NCBI GenBank assembly: GCA_963728545.1
Contig: CAVSKO010000002.1
Location: 4,045,146-4,109,145, forward strand
DNA from: Blastocatellia bacterium
GTDB taxonomy: Bacteria; Acidobacteriota; Blastocatellia; UBA7656
Direction of reading: 5' to 3'
DNA length: 64,000 nt
The first letter of the stretch is position 1; every line of letters starts with the position of its first letter. Positions 1 to 10,756 of this stretch are shown piece after piece. The position numbers and the translations under genes were made by a program. The notes under the pieces are model-generated. The model saw nothing but the letters and a program-made list of their open reading frames with translations, was not told the DNA's origin and made no database searches.

Positions 1-110
1 GAGGTAAGGCAGTAAGCTGTGCCGATTGAAAAATTACGGGCGAGGTAAGGAAGGGAAAAATTTGGCTGACGTGCGAGATGAGTCTATAATTTGCGCTGGA
101 TCGAAAACCG

Positions 111-1997
111 ATGCAACATAGAGACGGGGAAGAATCCGTAATCCGATTCGGAGAGTTCGAGCTGTCGCTCAAAAGCAGCGAACTGCGCAGGGACGGGCAG
201 GTTGTCCACCTTCAGCCGCAGCCGCTCAAAGCTCTGGCCTTTCTGGCATCCCACGCCGGCCAGACCGTTACGCGAGAAGAGCTGCGGCAGGCGGTCTGGG
301 AGGGCGAGACGTTCGTCGATTTCGAGCACGGTCTGAATTTCTGCATAAACCAGATTCGCGGCGCCCTTGGCGATAAAGCACAGTCGCCCCGCTTCATCGA
401 GACGCTTCCACGACGCGGCTATCGCTTCATAGCTCAGATCGAAACCCTGAACGGTTCGCCCGTCCTTAAAGAAGACCGGGCGTCGGTCGCCGTCAATATC
501 CAACCTGCGCGGCCTACCCTCGCACACAGCAGGTCATACCGCTTTCGCGCTCTGCTCGGCGCCCTGTTGATTGCGGCCGCCGCCGTCGGCTATTTCGTAT
601 GGCGGAGCCTCAATAATCCGTCGCCCCCGAAGGCGAAAATGATGATAGCCGTGCTGCCATTTACGAACCTGAGCACGGAGCAGGGGCAAGATTTTTTTTC
701 GGACGGGATGACCGAAGAGATGATAGCGCGCCTCGGTCGCCTCAATCCGCAGCGCCTCGGAGTCATAGCGCGCACTTCGGTGATGACATACAAAAATGTA
801 AACAAAGACATCTCCAGCATAGCCCGCGAGCTTGGCGTCAATTACCTACTTGAGGGCAGCGTACGTCGTGACGGCGACAGAGTACGCATCACCGCGCAAC
901 TCGTTCACGCGGGCGATCAGACTCATTTATGGTCTGAGTCTTTTGATCGCCCTCTCGGCGGCGCGCTGGGCGTGCAAAGCGAGGTGGCCGAAAAGATCGC
1001 AAGCGCCCTCGCCATCGAGTTGCTGGGAGATAGGCGCACAGACCTGTTCGACTCGATAAGCACGGAGGCGGTCAATGCTTACCTGAGAGGCCGCTACCTT
1101 TTGAACAAGGGCGATGCGAAAAGCATCGGCAAGAGCGTCGAGTATTTCAGCCAGGCGATTGAGAAGGATCCGGGCTACGCCGCCGGTTTCGCCGGGTTAG
1201 CCGATTCTTATCGCTTGCTCGGGATGTATTACGCAATGCTTCCCGCCGAAGCCTATCCGAAGGCGAAGCAAGCGGCGTTGCGCGCGTTGGAGCTTGATCC
1301 GAACAACGCCGAAGCGTCGGTCGCCCTCGGCACTATACGTTTCCGATACGAATGGGAGTGGGAAGAGGCCGAGCGCGATTTTCTTCGCGCGCTTGAGATA
1401 AATCCGAGCCTCGGGGTGGCTCACCACGATTACGCGTGGTTCCTGGTAGCGATGGGGCGAGTCAACGAAGGGATCGAGCATATAAAGACGGCACAGCGAC
1501 TCGATCCGCTCTCGCCGCTCGCCAACTCGGACGTCGGATGGGTTTACCTGATGGCGCGACGTTATGACGAAGCCATCGAACAGATCAAGCGCACGCTTGA
1601 ACTCGAACCGCAATTCGGCTCGGCCTTCGCCTGCCTTGAGCGCGCATACATTCTCAAGGGTCAGCACAAAGAAGCGCTCGAAACACTGTTGAAAGGCACC
1701 GGCCAATCAAACGCGTCTGTTCGAGACGGTGATCCGGAGCAGTCGCGTCGAACCCTCTATCGTATGATGCTTAACAGAAAGCTCGAAGAGATGAAGAAGT
1801 TCCGTTCGTCTTCCTACGGCGTGGCGACACTTTGCGCCGACGCGGCGGAGCCAGACCGGGCATTGGAATGGCTCGAAGAAGCTTTCAAAGAGCGCGATCC
1901 GATGCTAGTGGCCGTAAGGACCGACCCGGCCTTTGACCGCTTGCGCGGTGATGCGCGGTTTGAGCGGCTGCTAAAACGTATAGGCTTCTCAAGGTAG
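111..1997 (+). CDS. OmpR/CadC-type winged-helix regulator with TM segment, TolB-like domain and TPRs
   Basis: N-terminal wHTH (LQPQPLKAL...LRQAVW...LNFCINQIRGALGD...FIETLPRRGYRF), TM helix, IAVLPFTNLS/DGMTEE/LEGSVRR domain, C-terminal TPRs; TATAAT at 85-90. Confidence 0.9.
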   Translation: MQHRDGEESVIRFGEFELSLKSSELRRDGQVVHLQPQPLKALAFLASHAGQTVTREELRQAVWEGETFVDFEHGLNFCINQIRGALGDKAQSPRFIETLPRRGYRFIAQIETLNGSPVLKEDRASVAVNIQPARPTLAHSRSYRFRALLGALLIAAAAVGYFVWRSLNNPSPPKAKMMIAVLPFTNLSTEQGQDFFSDGMTEEMIARLGRLNPQRLGVIARTSVMTYKNVNKDISSIARELGVNYLLEGSVRRDGDRVRITAQLVHAGDQTHLWSESFDRPLGGALGVQSEVAEKIASALAIELLGDRRTDLFDSISTEAVNAYLRGRYLLNKGDAKSIGKSVEYFSQAIEKDPGYAAGFAGLADSYRLLGMYYAMLPAEAYPKAKQAALRALELDPNNAEASVALGTIRFRYEWEWEEAERDFLRALEINPSLGVAHHDYAWFLVAMGRVNEGIEHIKTAQRLDPLSPLANSDVGWVYLMARRYDEAIEQIKRTLELEPQFGSAFACLERAYILKGQHKEALETLLKGTGQSNASVRDGDPEQSRRTLYRMMLNRKLEEMKKFRSSSYGVATLCADAAEPDRALEWLEEAFKERDPMLVAVRTDPAFDRLRGDARFERLLKRIGFSR

Positions 1998-2024
1998 AAA
2001 CAGGGGCTGAATCCAAGATGCTTA

Positions 2025-2249
2025 GAGGGATTTTGAAAAGCCTCGAAGAGGCGAAATTCAATAGCCTGGGGCGCTAGCCCCAGGTCGTGATTGTTGGTTT
2101 ATAAAAGCCCTGAAAGGGCGAAATAATCAGAACGATTTATTTCGCCCTTTCAGGGCTTGCTGTCTTAGGCGTGCGTTACCCGGCGCGATGCGCCGGGCTA
2201 TTGAATTTCGCCTCTTCGAGGCTTTTGAACTATCTTTTCATACATCCTC
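2025..2249. mobile_element. MITE-like element carrying a REP/REPIN-type long hairpin, copy 1
   Basis: Perfect 31-bp inverted repeat 2036-2066 / 2196-2226; inner AGCCCTGAAAGGGCG palindromes; outer imperfect 16-bp TIR; second copy of the same length at 58345-58569. Confidence 0.8.
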
Positions 2250-2266
2250 CAGGGTCTGGCCTTCCT

Positions 2267-5200
2267 TCAGTCCGCTTCGGGCTGACGCGGCTGCGATGAC
2301 CGTTTTGGCTTGACCGCTCGGCCCGTGCTAATCGGTCGCGGCGCATCCTCTTCAATCTCTGCCGTCGGCTCCGCGCTCTTGCCGCCGTCGGCGGCTGCGG
2401 GGGCCTGGCGGAGAGCAGTCTCAAGCTCTTCGGCGACTATCTCGCTGCGGCGAATCTGCTCCGCTTCGGTCGCCGCGGCTTCAATAGCGGTAGTGGCGCT
2501 GGAGTCTACTTTACGATTGCTGCGCTGCCGTACGGCTATCGAATACTCTTCGTTCGCCGCCGCAAGCTCGCCTATCGAATAAAGCACACGCCCCAGGTCT
2601 TGATGAGCTTCGGGGTAGTACCCCGCGCGCTGCTCAATCGCCGTGCGATAGGCTCTGACAGCCGATTCCGTGTCGCGGCTGCGCACATACGCCTGCCCCA
2701 TCTGGTAATGAGCTTCCGGATAAATTCCGTTCGACTGTTTGACCGCCGTCTGGTAGGAATCGATTGCGGAGCTGATGTCGCCCTTCCGCGCAAGCAACAT
2801 TCCCACGTGATAATGCGCTTCGGGAAAGAGATCTCCTTGCTGCTCGATTGCTTTCTTCAGCTCTCCCATTGCCTGCGTGTGTTGTCCGGCCCGTATCAGC
2901 GCACGGCCCAGTTCATAATAAGCGCGCGGGAATGAGCCGTCGCGCTGTTTTACCGCCGTGCGAAATTCGGCTATCGCCTGCTCGCTTTGACCCAGATCGT
3001 AAAGCACGCGACCCAGATCATAGTGGGCTTCCGGGAAATGGGGATTGGCCGATCTGTTTTCCTGAACTTTACCTGCTTCAATCTCCAATCCCTTACTTCC
3101 GGTCCCTGTCTCTCGTTGAGTAATAGCTGTCTCGAACTCGAGGCGGGCCTCTTCGAGCGCGCCGCTGTCATAAAGGGCGCGGCCAAGATTGCGGTGCGTC
3201 TCGGCGTCGTTGCCGTTGCGCAAGGCGAGCGCGGAGCGAAACTCGCTTATGGCCTCTTCGAGCTGACCCCGCCCGTAGATTATCAAGCCCAGATCGTGAT
3301 GAGCGTCGGCTGCCGTATCGCCCTGCGAGATGGCTTGCTTGATCGAATCGGCCGCGCGGTCCAGATTTCCAAGCCGCGCGAGCGCGTTACCTAGATTGCG
3401 ATGCGCGTCCGGGAAGTTGCCGCGCTGTTGTGAGATTGCCGTCTCGTAAGCGCGCACGGATTCTTCGATCTCGCCGCGCGCATAAAGAGCGTTGCCGAGG
3501 TTGTAATGGGCCTCGGCATAACGCCCGCCGCGCTGCTCTATCGCCGTGCGGTAAGAGTTGATCGCCTCGTCGATCTCCCCAAGATCGTAGAGGGCTACAC
3601 CCAGGTTGTGCCAGGCGAGCGGGAAGCTCTCGCCCAGTTCATTGGCGGCCCGGCGCAAGCTCACCACAGACTCTTCAAGCTGGCCCGCTTCGTAAAGCGC
3701 TAGGCCCAGGTCGTGCTGGGCCAACGAGAAGTCGGGCCGCTGCTGGATGGCCCCGCGATAAGAGCTTATAGCTCCGTCCAGATCGCCCATGTCGTAAAGC
3801 GCGCGGCCCAGGTCGCGGTGCGCTTCGGCGATTGCCGGATCGATTTTTATAGCATCTGTAAGCGCGATGACCGCGCCGTCAAGGTCGCCAAGCTCTCCGA
3901 GCGCGCGGCCAAGCATGTGATGCGCCTCAGGGAACTCTTCGCCGCGCTGCTTGATGACGGCTTCGCAAGTCTCGACAACCTGAGTCAACTCGCCGTGATC
4001 GTACAGCGAGCGCGCAAGGTCGAGATAAGCGATGGGGAAATCCGCCTGCTGCTGGATCGCGCGCCGAAGCTCCGCGATCAACTCTTCAAGCTCGCCCGCC
4101 TGGTAAAGCGCGACGCCGAGCTTGTGGTGCGCCCAGGGCAATTCATCGTTGAGCTTAATCGCGCCGCGCAGCTCCGTGATCGCCTCGGTAAGCGCTCCGG
4201 TTTCAAGAAGCGCCGCCCCGAGGCTGTAACGGGCGGCCGGAAAATCTTCTTTTTCCGCCAGCGCCGAGCGATAAGAACCGATAGCGCTATCGAGATCGCC
4301 TTTGCGCTGGTAGGCGAGGCCGAGACTGTAATGAGCTTCGGGGTAGGGCGCTTTGCGAGTCTCTATAGCGCCCGAGTAAGCCTCGATTGCGCTGTTGACT
4401 TCGCCCTTGGCGTTGTAAGCGGTCCCGAGCCAGAAATGCGCTTCCGAAAATTCGCGAGATTGCTCTATGGCTTTGCGCTGCGCGCCTATGGCTTCGTCCA
4501 ACTGTCCCTTGCTGAAGTAAGCCAGCCCCAGGTCGTGATAGCCTTCCGCGTATTCGCCTTCGCGCTGGTCTATGGCGGTCCTGAGCGCGGCTATAGAGCC
4601 GTCGAGGTCGCCGACTCGATAAAGCGCGCGGCCAAGATTACGGTGCGCGCGCGGGAACGTGGGTTGTTGCTTTATCGCTTCTCGCAGCTCCGCAACCGAT
4701 TCGTTCAACCGGCTGAGGTCGAACAACGAAAGCCCCAGGTCGTGATGGGCTTCGGCGAAATCGCCGCCGCGCTGCTGGATTGCTGTGCGGAAAGCCCCGA
4801 CAGACTCTTCCGCGTTGCCGCTTCCGTAAAGCGTAGCCCCGAGGTTGTGATAAGCAGCCGGAAAATGCTCGTTTTGCGAGATCGCCGTCTTGAATGCGTT
4901 GATCGCAAGCTCCGGTTTCGCTTCGGCGGCATAGATGCGCCCAAGCTCGTAATGAGCGTCGGCAAAGCTTCCGCCGCGAAGCTCGATTGCCGCGCTCAGT
5001 TCTTCGGTCGCCGCTTCCGAGTCGCCGAGATTGTAAAGCGCAAGCCCCAGGTTGTAGTGTGCGCGCGGGAATCGCGGGTTCTGTTCCAGGGCTTTTCGAT
5101 AAGCCAGCACGGCTTCCGAGAGATTACCCTGGCGCGCGAGCGCGACGCCCAGGTTGTGATAAGCCCAGGGGAAATCGCTGCGCTGTTCGACCGCGCGGCG

Positions 5201-6022
5201 ATATGATTCGATGGCCTCTTTGAGATTGCCTATCCGATAAAGCGCGCGGCCAAGGTGATGATGCGCTTCCGGGTAATGCGCTTGTTCTGAGAGCGCGGAT
5301 CGAAACTCTTTCGTCGCCTCATCCAACCGGCCCAGCCGGTAGAGCGCCTGGCCAAGCTCGAAGTGCGCCTGCGGAAAGCCCGCGCGCCGCTGAGCGATCG
5401 CCGCGCCAAACGCTTCGACCGCGCCCGCGAGATCGCCTTTCTCTAAAAGCACGTGGCCGAGTTCGAACTGAGTTTCGGGATAGCTGCCGTGGCGCTGGTC
5501 TATCGCCTTGCGAAGGGCCGCTGCGGCCTGTTCCAGGTCGCCGCGCCGCGCCAGCGCAACGCCCAGGTTATGCCATGCCTTTGGGAACTCGCCGTTGCGC
5601 TGCTCGATTGCGCTGTTGAAGGCCGAGGCGGCCTCATCGAAATCGCCGCGACGCAGAAGCGCTATGCCGAGGTTCTGGTAAGCCCAGGGATGATTCCCAC
5701 TGCGCTGCTCGATGGCCTTGCGGTATGCATCTATGGCTTCGGCGTACTCGCCCCGGCGCGCGAGCGTAAGCCCGAGGTTGTAATAAGCATCGGGGTTTTC
5801 GGGCTGCTGATTTATAGAGGTGCGAAACCCTTCGATGGCTCCGTCAATGTCGCCCGCGTCCAGAAGCGCACGGGCAAGCTGGTAATAAGCGCGCGGGAAA
5901 TTACCGCCGCGCATTTCAATAGCCACGCGATAGCTGTTGATCGCTTCGTCGAGCCAGCCTTTGTTGTAAAAGACAAGCCCTTTCTCTAGATACTGCTGCG
6001 CCGTGTTGAGAGAACCGCTCAT
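2267..6022 (-). CDS. Large all-TPR protein (33 repeats) with acidic disordered tail
   Basis: 33 consecutive 34/35-aa units of the type PxAHxxLGxALYxxGxLxEAIxxYRxAIxQ; no catalytic domain or signal peptide recognised. Confidence 0.9.
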   Translation of the reverse strand: MSGSLNTAQQYLEKGLVFYNKGWLDEAINSYRVAIEMRGGNFPRAYYQLARALLDAGDIDGAIEGFRTSINQQPENPDAYYNLGLTLARRGEYAEAIDAYRKAIEQRSGNHPWAYQNLGIALLRRGDFDEAASAFNSAIEQRNGEFPKAWHNLGVALARRGDLEQAAAALRKAIDQRHGSYPETQFELGHVLLEKGDLAGAVEAFGAAIAQRRAGFPQAHFELGQALYRLGRLDEATKEFRSALSEQAHYPEAHHHLGRALYRIGNLKEAIESYRRAVEQRSDFPWAYHNLGVALARQGNLSEAVLAYRKALEQNPRFPRAHYNLGLALYNLGDSEAATEELSAAIELRGGSFADAHYELGRIYAAEAKPELAINAFKTAISQNEHFPAAYHNLGATLYGSGNAEESVGAFRTAIQQRGGDFAEAHHDLGLSLFDLSRLNESVAELREAIKQQPTFPRAHRNLGRALYRVGDLDGSIAALRTAIDQREGEYAEGYHDLGLAYFSKGQLDEAIGAQRKAIEQSREFSEAHFWLGTAYNAKGEVNSAIEAYSGAIETRKAPYPEAHYSLGLAYQRKGDLDSAIGSYRSALAEKEDFPAARYSLGAALLETGALTEAITELRGAIKLNDELPWAHHKLGVALYQAGELEELIAELRRAIQQQADFPIAYLDLARSLYDHGELTQVVETCEAVIKQRGEEFPEAHHMLGRALGELGDLDGAVIALTDAIKIDPAIAEAHRDLGRALYDMGDLDGAISSYRGAIQQRPDFSLAQHDLGLALYEAGQLEESVVSLRRAANELGESFPLAWHNLGVALYDLGEIDEAINSYRTAIEQRGGRYAEAHYNLGNALYARGEIEESVRAYETAISQQRGNFPDAHRNLGNALARLGNLDRAADSIKQAISQGDTAADAHHDLGLIIYGRGQLEEAISEFRSALALRNGNDAETHRNLGRALYDSGALEEARLEFETAITQRETGTGSKGLEIEAGKVQENRSANPHFPEAHYDLGRVLYDLGQSEQAIAEFRTAVKQRDGSFPRAYYELGRALIRAGQHTQAMGELKKAIEQQGDLFPEAHYHVGMLLARKGDISSAIDSYQTAVKQSNGIYPEAHYQMGQAYVRSRDTESAVRAYRTAIEQRAGYYPEAHQDLGRVLYSIGELAAANEEYSIAVRQRSNRKVDSSATTAIEAAATEAEQIRRSEIVAEELETALRQAPAAADGGKSAEPTAEIEEDAPRPISTGRAVKPKRSSQPRQPEAD

Positions 6023-6096
6023 GTTGTGTCTCCTGGAAATATTATGACTATCGGGCGCGTTATGACGCGCGTATTAGCCTAAGCCAGGTGAGGAGA

Positions 6097-6171
6097 GGCT
6101 AAGGGCTAGAGTCTAGAGGCCAGGAAAAGATGCTAGTCTCCAGTCTCTAGCCCTTAGCCCCTAGTCCCTAA
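6097..6171. repeat. Inverted pair of 7-nt tandem repeats (CTAGCCC-like)
   Basis: GGCTAAGGGCTAGAG 6097-6111 pairs with CTCTAGCCCTTAGCC 6145-6159. Confidence 0.7.
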
Positions 6172-6257
6172 TACTCGTCACTTGTCGCGATTTTTATCTT
6201 GGGCGACAAAAGCATTACGCCATCGATGGTAGAAAGTCAAGAGCTACAGCCCGCCCC

Positions 6258-7151
<894 letters not shown>

Positions 7152-7262
7152 AACGCTACCTTATTCTCAGTGGTTAGAAATTCATGATTACTTATAGCAT
7201 AAAACGGCGCTCATCGCTTAGCGGCCACTGACCGCTGAGCACTGCTTTGTTACAATCGTAAG

Positions 7263-8619
7263 ATGAGCGATGGAGCGCAGAGTCGAACCGTAGGATATTT
7301 CGAGCTTCTACGCGACAACAAAAACTTTAGGCGGCTCTGGACGGGGCAATTCATCTCGCAGATGGGCGACTGGTTTAACAGCGTCGCCCTTTTCACTTTG
7401 ATGCTCAGTCTGACGGGGTCGGGCGAAGCTGTCGGGTTCATACTGATACTCAAGCTGCTTCCGGCTTTCTTCATCGGCCCTCTTGCGGGCGTTGCAGCCG
7501 ACCGCTTCAACCGCAAGACCGTAATGATCGTGTCGGACGTGGCGCGCGGTCTTTCTGTGATCGGCTTTCTGTTTGTGAAAACGCCCGACCAGGTCTGGAT
7601 AGTCTATGCGCTCACTATTATTCAAGTAGTGTTGTCAACCTTCTTTGATCCTGCGCGTTCCGCCGCTATGCCGAGTATAGTTTCGCGCGACGAGCTTATC
7701 CCGGCAAACGCCCTGTCGGGCGCTTCGTGGTCGGCGACGCTGGCTTTAGGCGCGGCGTTCGGCGGCGTTGTGACCGATGCTTTCGGGCGAGACACGGCTT
7801 TTATAATCGATGCGGCGTCGTATTTCATATCAGCCCTGTTCATCTTGTTGGTGCGCTTCCCTACTTCGGCCAACGGGCGCGCGCAGAAAGCGCAGGATAA
7901 ATCATCAAGGTTATCTATAGCCGATGCGGTGGGCCTTCGAGAACCTGATAGAAGGCTGGCGATACCTCAGACGAAATCCGCGCGTGATGGCGGTCCTGCT
8001 GGTCAAAAGCGGTTGGGGGCTGGGCGGCGGAGTGCTGTTGCTGCTCACGGTTTTCGGCAAGCAGATATTTCCGATCGGGCGCGACGGCAGCACCTCGATA
8101 GGGCTGCTTTATGCGGCGCGCGGCATAGGGGCGCTCATCGGGCCGGTGATCGCAAGCTTTCTCACGGGCCACTCGCCACGTGTGATGCGGCGAGTGATAG
8201 CAATCGCCTTTTTCATCACGGCAGCTTTTTACCTGGCATTTGCTCACGCGCCTACGCTCGCGTTTGCGGCGCTGTTTGCGGTAGGCGCGCACGCGGGCGG
8301 CAGCATCCAGTGGGTCTATTCGACCGCGCTTTTGCAGATGAGCGTGCCGGATCGTTTCTTAGGCCGCGTATTCGCGCTTGAGATGGCGATATTGACGCTC
8401 TCGATGTCGCTATCAACTTATTTCACGGGCTGGGGAATAGATCATGCGGGTTTAAGCCCGCGTCAGATGGCTACGATATTGGGCCTCGCGTTTCTCGTGC
8501 CGGGCGTGGTGTGGCTGCTCTTACAACCCTGGCTCGACCTCGGAGACAGGGACGAAACGCGGGCCGCGCGGGTAGCGGAAGCCGACCCTGTGGCTGAGAC
8601 ATCTTTTCCGCCCGCGTGA
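7263..8619 (+). CDS. MFS transporter, split by a +1 frameshift near 7942 (probable sequence error)
   Basis: GQFISQMGDW and GVAADRFNRK motif A in ORF 7263-8381; C-terminal half in ORF 7924-8619; deleting one A in CGAGAACCTG restores AVGLRDLIEGWRYLRRNP. Confidence 0.85.
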
Positions 8620-8691
8620 TTGATTCTCTTGGTGTGCCGCGCGCCAATGCTTTTGCGCGCGGGCTGTGGTTGCGGGTAAAATTGTGAGCTT

Positions 8692-9966
8692 ATGAAAATC
8701 CTTGTAATCGGCTCTGGTGGCCGAGAACACGCCATCTGCTGGAAGCTTTCAGAAAGCCCTTTGACGAGCGCGCTCTACTGCGCGCCGGGCAACGCGGGCA
8801 TAGCCGAGCGCGCGACCTGCTTTCCTGCTGACGTAAACGATCCGGGCAGCCTTGCTAACCTTGCCCAGTCTGTCGGGGCCGACCTTACGGTGATAGGGCC
8901 GGAAGCGCCGCTCGTAGCAGGCGTAGCCGACGTGTTTCAAATGCGCGGCCTCAGACTTGTCGGCCCTTCGGCGACGGCGGCGAAGTTGGAAGGGAGCAAG
9001 ATTTTCGCCAAGCAGTTCATGGCTCGCCACTCTATCCCGACCGCGCAGTTTACCGCCTGTCACTCACCCGAATCCGCGCGCGCCGCGATGGGGCTTGAGT
9101 ACGAGTTGCCGGTCGTCGTCAAAGCCGACGGCCTGGCCGCAGGTAAAGGCGTTCGCATCGCCCACAATCAAGAAGAGTTTGACGCGGCTATAAACGATTT
9201 GATGGTCGAGCGCGTATTCGGCGATGCGGGCGCGCGCATAGTGCTTGAGCAATGTCTGGTCGGGCGCGAAGCGTCGGTGATGATTTTCACGGACGGGAAG
9301 GATTACCGAGTCATACCGGCGGCTCAAGATTACAAACGAGTCAAGGACTACGACAAGGGGCCGAATACCGGAGGCATGGGTTCGTTTTCAACCCCCGGCT
9401 TGATCGACGCCGCGATGCTGGAACGCATCACGCGAGAGATCATCGACCCTACGCTTGCGGGGATGAATGCGGAAGATAATCCTTTTCGCGGAATTCTCTA
9501 CACCGGCTTGATGCTCACCGAAAGCGGCCCGAAGGTGATCGAATACAACGCGCGGCTCGGCGACCCTGAAACTCAAGCGGTGCTTGTACGACTTGAGAGC
9601 GATCTGGTGGAAATCTTTAACGCCATCGCAGACGGCTCGATAAGCTCTAGGGATGTGAGATGGAGCGCGGACTCTTCCGTGTGCGTGGTCGCGGCATCAA
9701 ACGGCTACCCCGGCCAGTTCGAGAAGGGCAAGCCAATCGCGGGGCTTGACGAAGCCAAAGCGACGGAAGGCGTCGTCGTGTTTCACGCGGGGACTATGCG
9801 CGACGAGCAAGGAAGCTTTCTCACGTCAGGGGGCCGCGTGCTGAATGTTACGGCTCGCGCCAAAACATTAGATGAAGCGCGCGCGCGCGCTTATGAAGCG
9901 ATAGGAAAGATCAACTTCGAAGGCATACACTATCGCACGGACATCGCAGGTCACGCGAAGAGATAA
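8692..9966 (+). CDS. purD: Phosphoribosylamine-glycine ligase
   Basis: MKILVIGSGGREHA, LEGSKIFAK, KADGLAAGKGV, GPNTGGMG, EYNARLGDPE, GGRVL. Confidence 0.98.
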   Translation: MKILVIGSGGREHAICWKLSESPLTSALYCAPGNAGIAERATCFPADVNDPGSLANLAQSVGADLTVIGPEAPLVAGVADVFQMRGLRLVGPSATAAKLEGSKIFAKQFMARHSIPTAQFTACHSPESARAAMGLEYELPVVVKADGLAAGKGVRIAHNQEEFDAAINDLMVERVFGDAGARIVLEQCLVGREASVMIFTDGKDYRVIPAAQDYKRVKDYDKGPNTGGMGSFSTPGLIDAAMLERITREIIDPTLAGMNAEDNPFRGILYTGLMLTESGPKVIEYNARLGDPETQAVLVRLESDLVEIFNAIADGSISSRDVRWSADSSVCVVAASNGYPGQFEKGKPIAGLDEAKATEGVVVFHAGTMRDEQGSFLTSGGRVLNVTARAKTLDEARARAYEAIGKINFEGIHYRTDIAGHAKR

Positions 9967-9976
9967 GACGATTTGT

Positions 9977-10170
9977 TTTGGTTTTCACATCAACCTGCGA
10001 AGATGCCAAGAAGATTCACCGCCGCAGACACAGAGGACGCATATGGCCGATGATGTGCTTCGCACGCGGCGGTTGCGCGGAGAACACGCTTTTCTCTGCG
10101 CCCGCTCTGTGTCCTCTGTGTCTCTGCGGTGAGATGTTTTTCTAGACCCGTATACTCGACTAAACCACTA
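9977..10170. mobile_element. Degenerate copy of the MITE at 21990-22160, with CACCGCAGAGACACAGAG-type inverted repeat
   Basis: AAGAAGATTCACCGC...CTCTGTGTCTCTGCGGTGAGATGT...CCCGTA shared with 22021-22140; ends decayed. Confidence 0.65.
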
Positions 10171-10309
10171 TGCACTAAAAGTGCATAGGTTGCGTATCCG
10201 CAGGCAAGCTGCGGACTGAAAGTGAATGCGAATGAAATTCGTGAGTTTTAACTCCATCCGCACATTCGTGCGGACTGAAAGTAGACTCGAAGAATAAAAT
10301 TCAATCCGG

Positions 10310-10756
10310 TCAATCGCTTTTTGTGTATATGTCAGGGCAGGTCTTTTCCATAATCGAGGCAGGTCTTTTCAAATCCTCAAATCCCGATTTGCGGTAAAGC
10401 CCGTGGGCGTCCCTTGTGACGAGCATCCATCTTCTCAACCCTTGCAATTCGGGATGCGACATCACTGCTTCGATCAGCCATTCGCCCAGCCCTCGACCGC
10501 GAAAATCTTCCAGGATGAAAACGTCTGCCAGGTAGGCGAACGTGGCGTAATCGGTTATGACTCGCGCAAAGCCTATCTGGCGCTCGCCGTGATAAAGCCC
10601 GAAGGCTAGCGAATGCTCGATTGATCGCTCGACAATTTTAAGCGGTATCCCTGCGGCCCAGTAAGAGTTGGTGAGAAAGCCGTGAATGACCGACACGTCC
10701 AATAGCGCCTGGTCTGTACTAATCAGATAGCTGTCGCGCCGCCACTCGTTACTCAT
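10310..10756 (-). CDS. GNAT N-acetyltransferase
   Basis: QIGFARVITDYATFAYLADVF, RGRGLG acetyl-CoA motif, HGLYRKSGF; overlaps the kinase stop (translational coupling). Confidence 0.93.
   Translation of the reverse strand: MSNEWRRDSYLISTDQALLDVSVIHGFLTNSYWAAGIPLKIVERSIEHSLAFGLYHGERQIGFARVITDYATFAYLADVFILEDFRGRGLGEWLIEAVMSHPELQGLRRWMLVTRDAHGLYRKSGFEDLKRPASIMEKTCPDIYTKSD

Noticed and set aside
1-50. GAGGTAAGG direct repeat (1-9, 42-50) as an operator for the winged-helix regulator
   Set aside because: Only 9 bp, at the window edge, with upstream context missing; cannot be supported.
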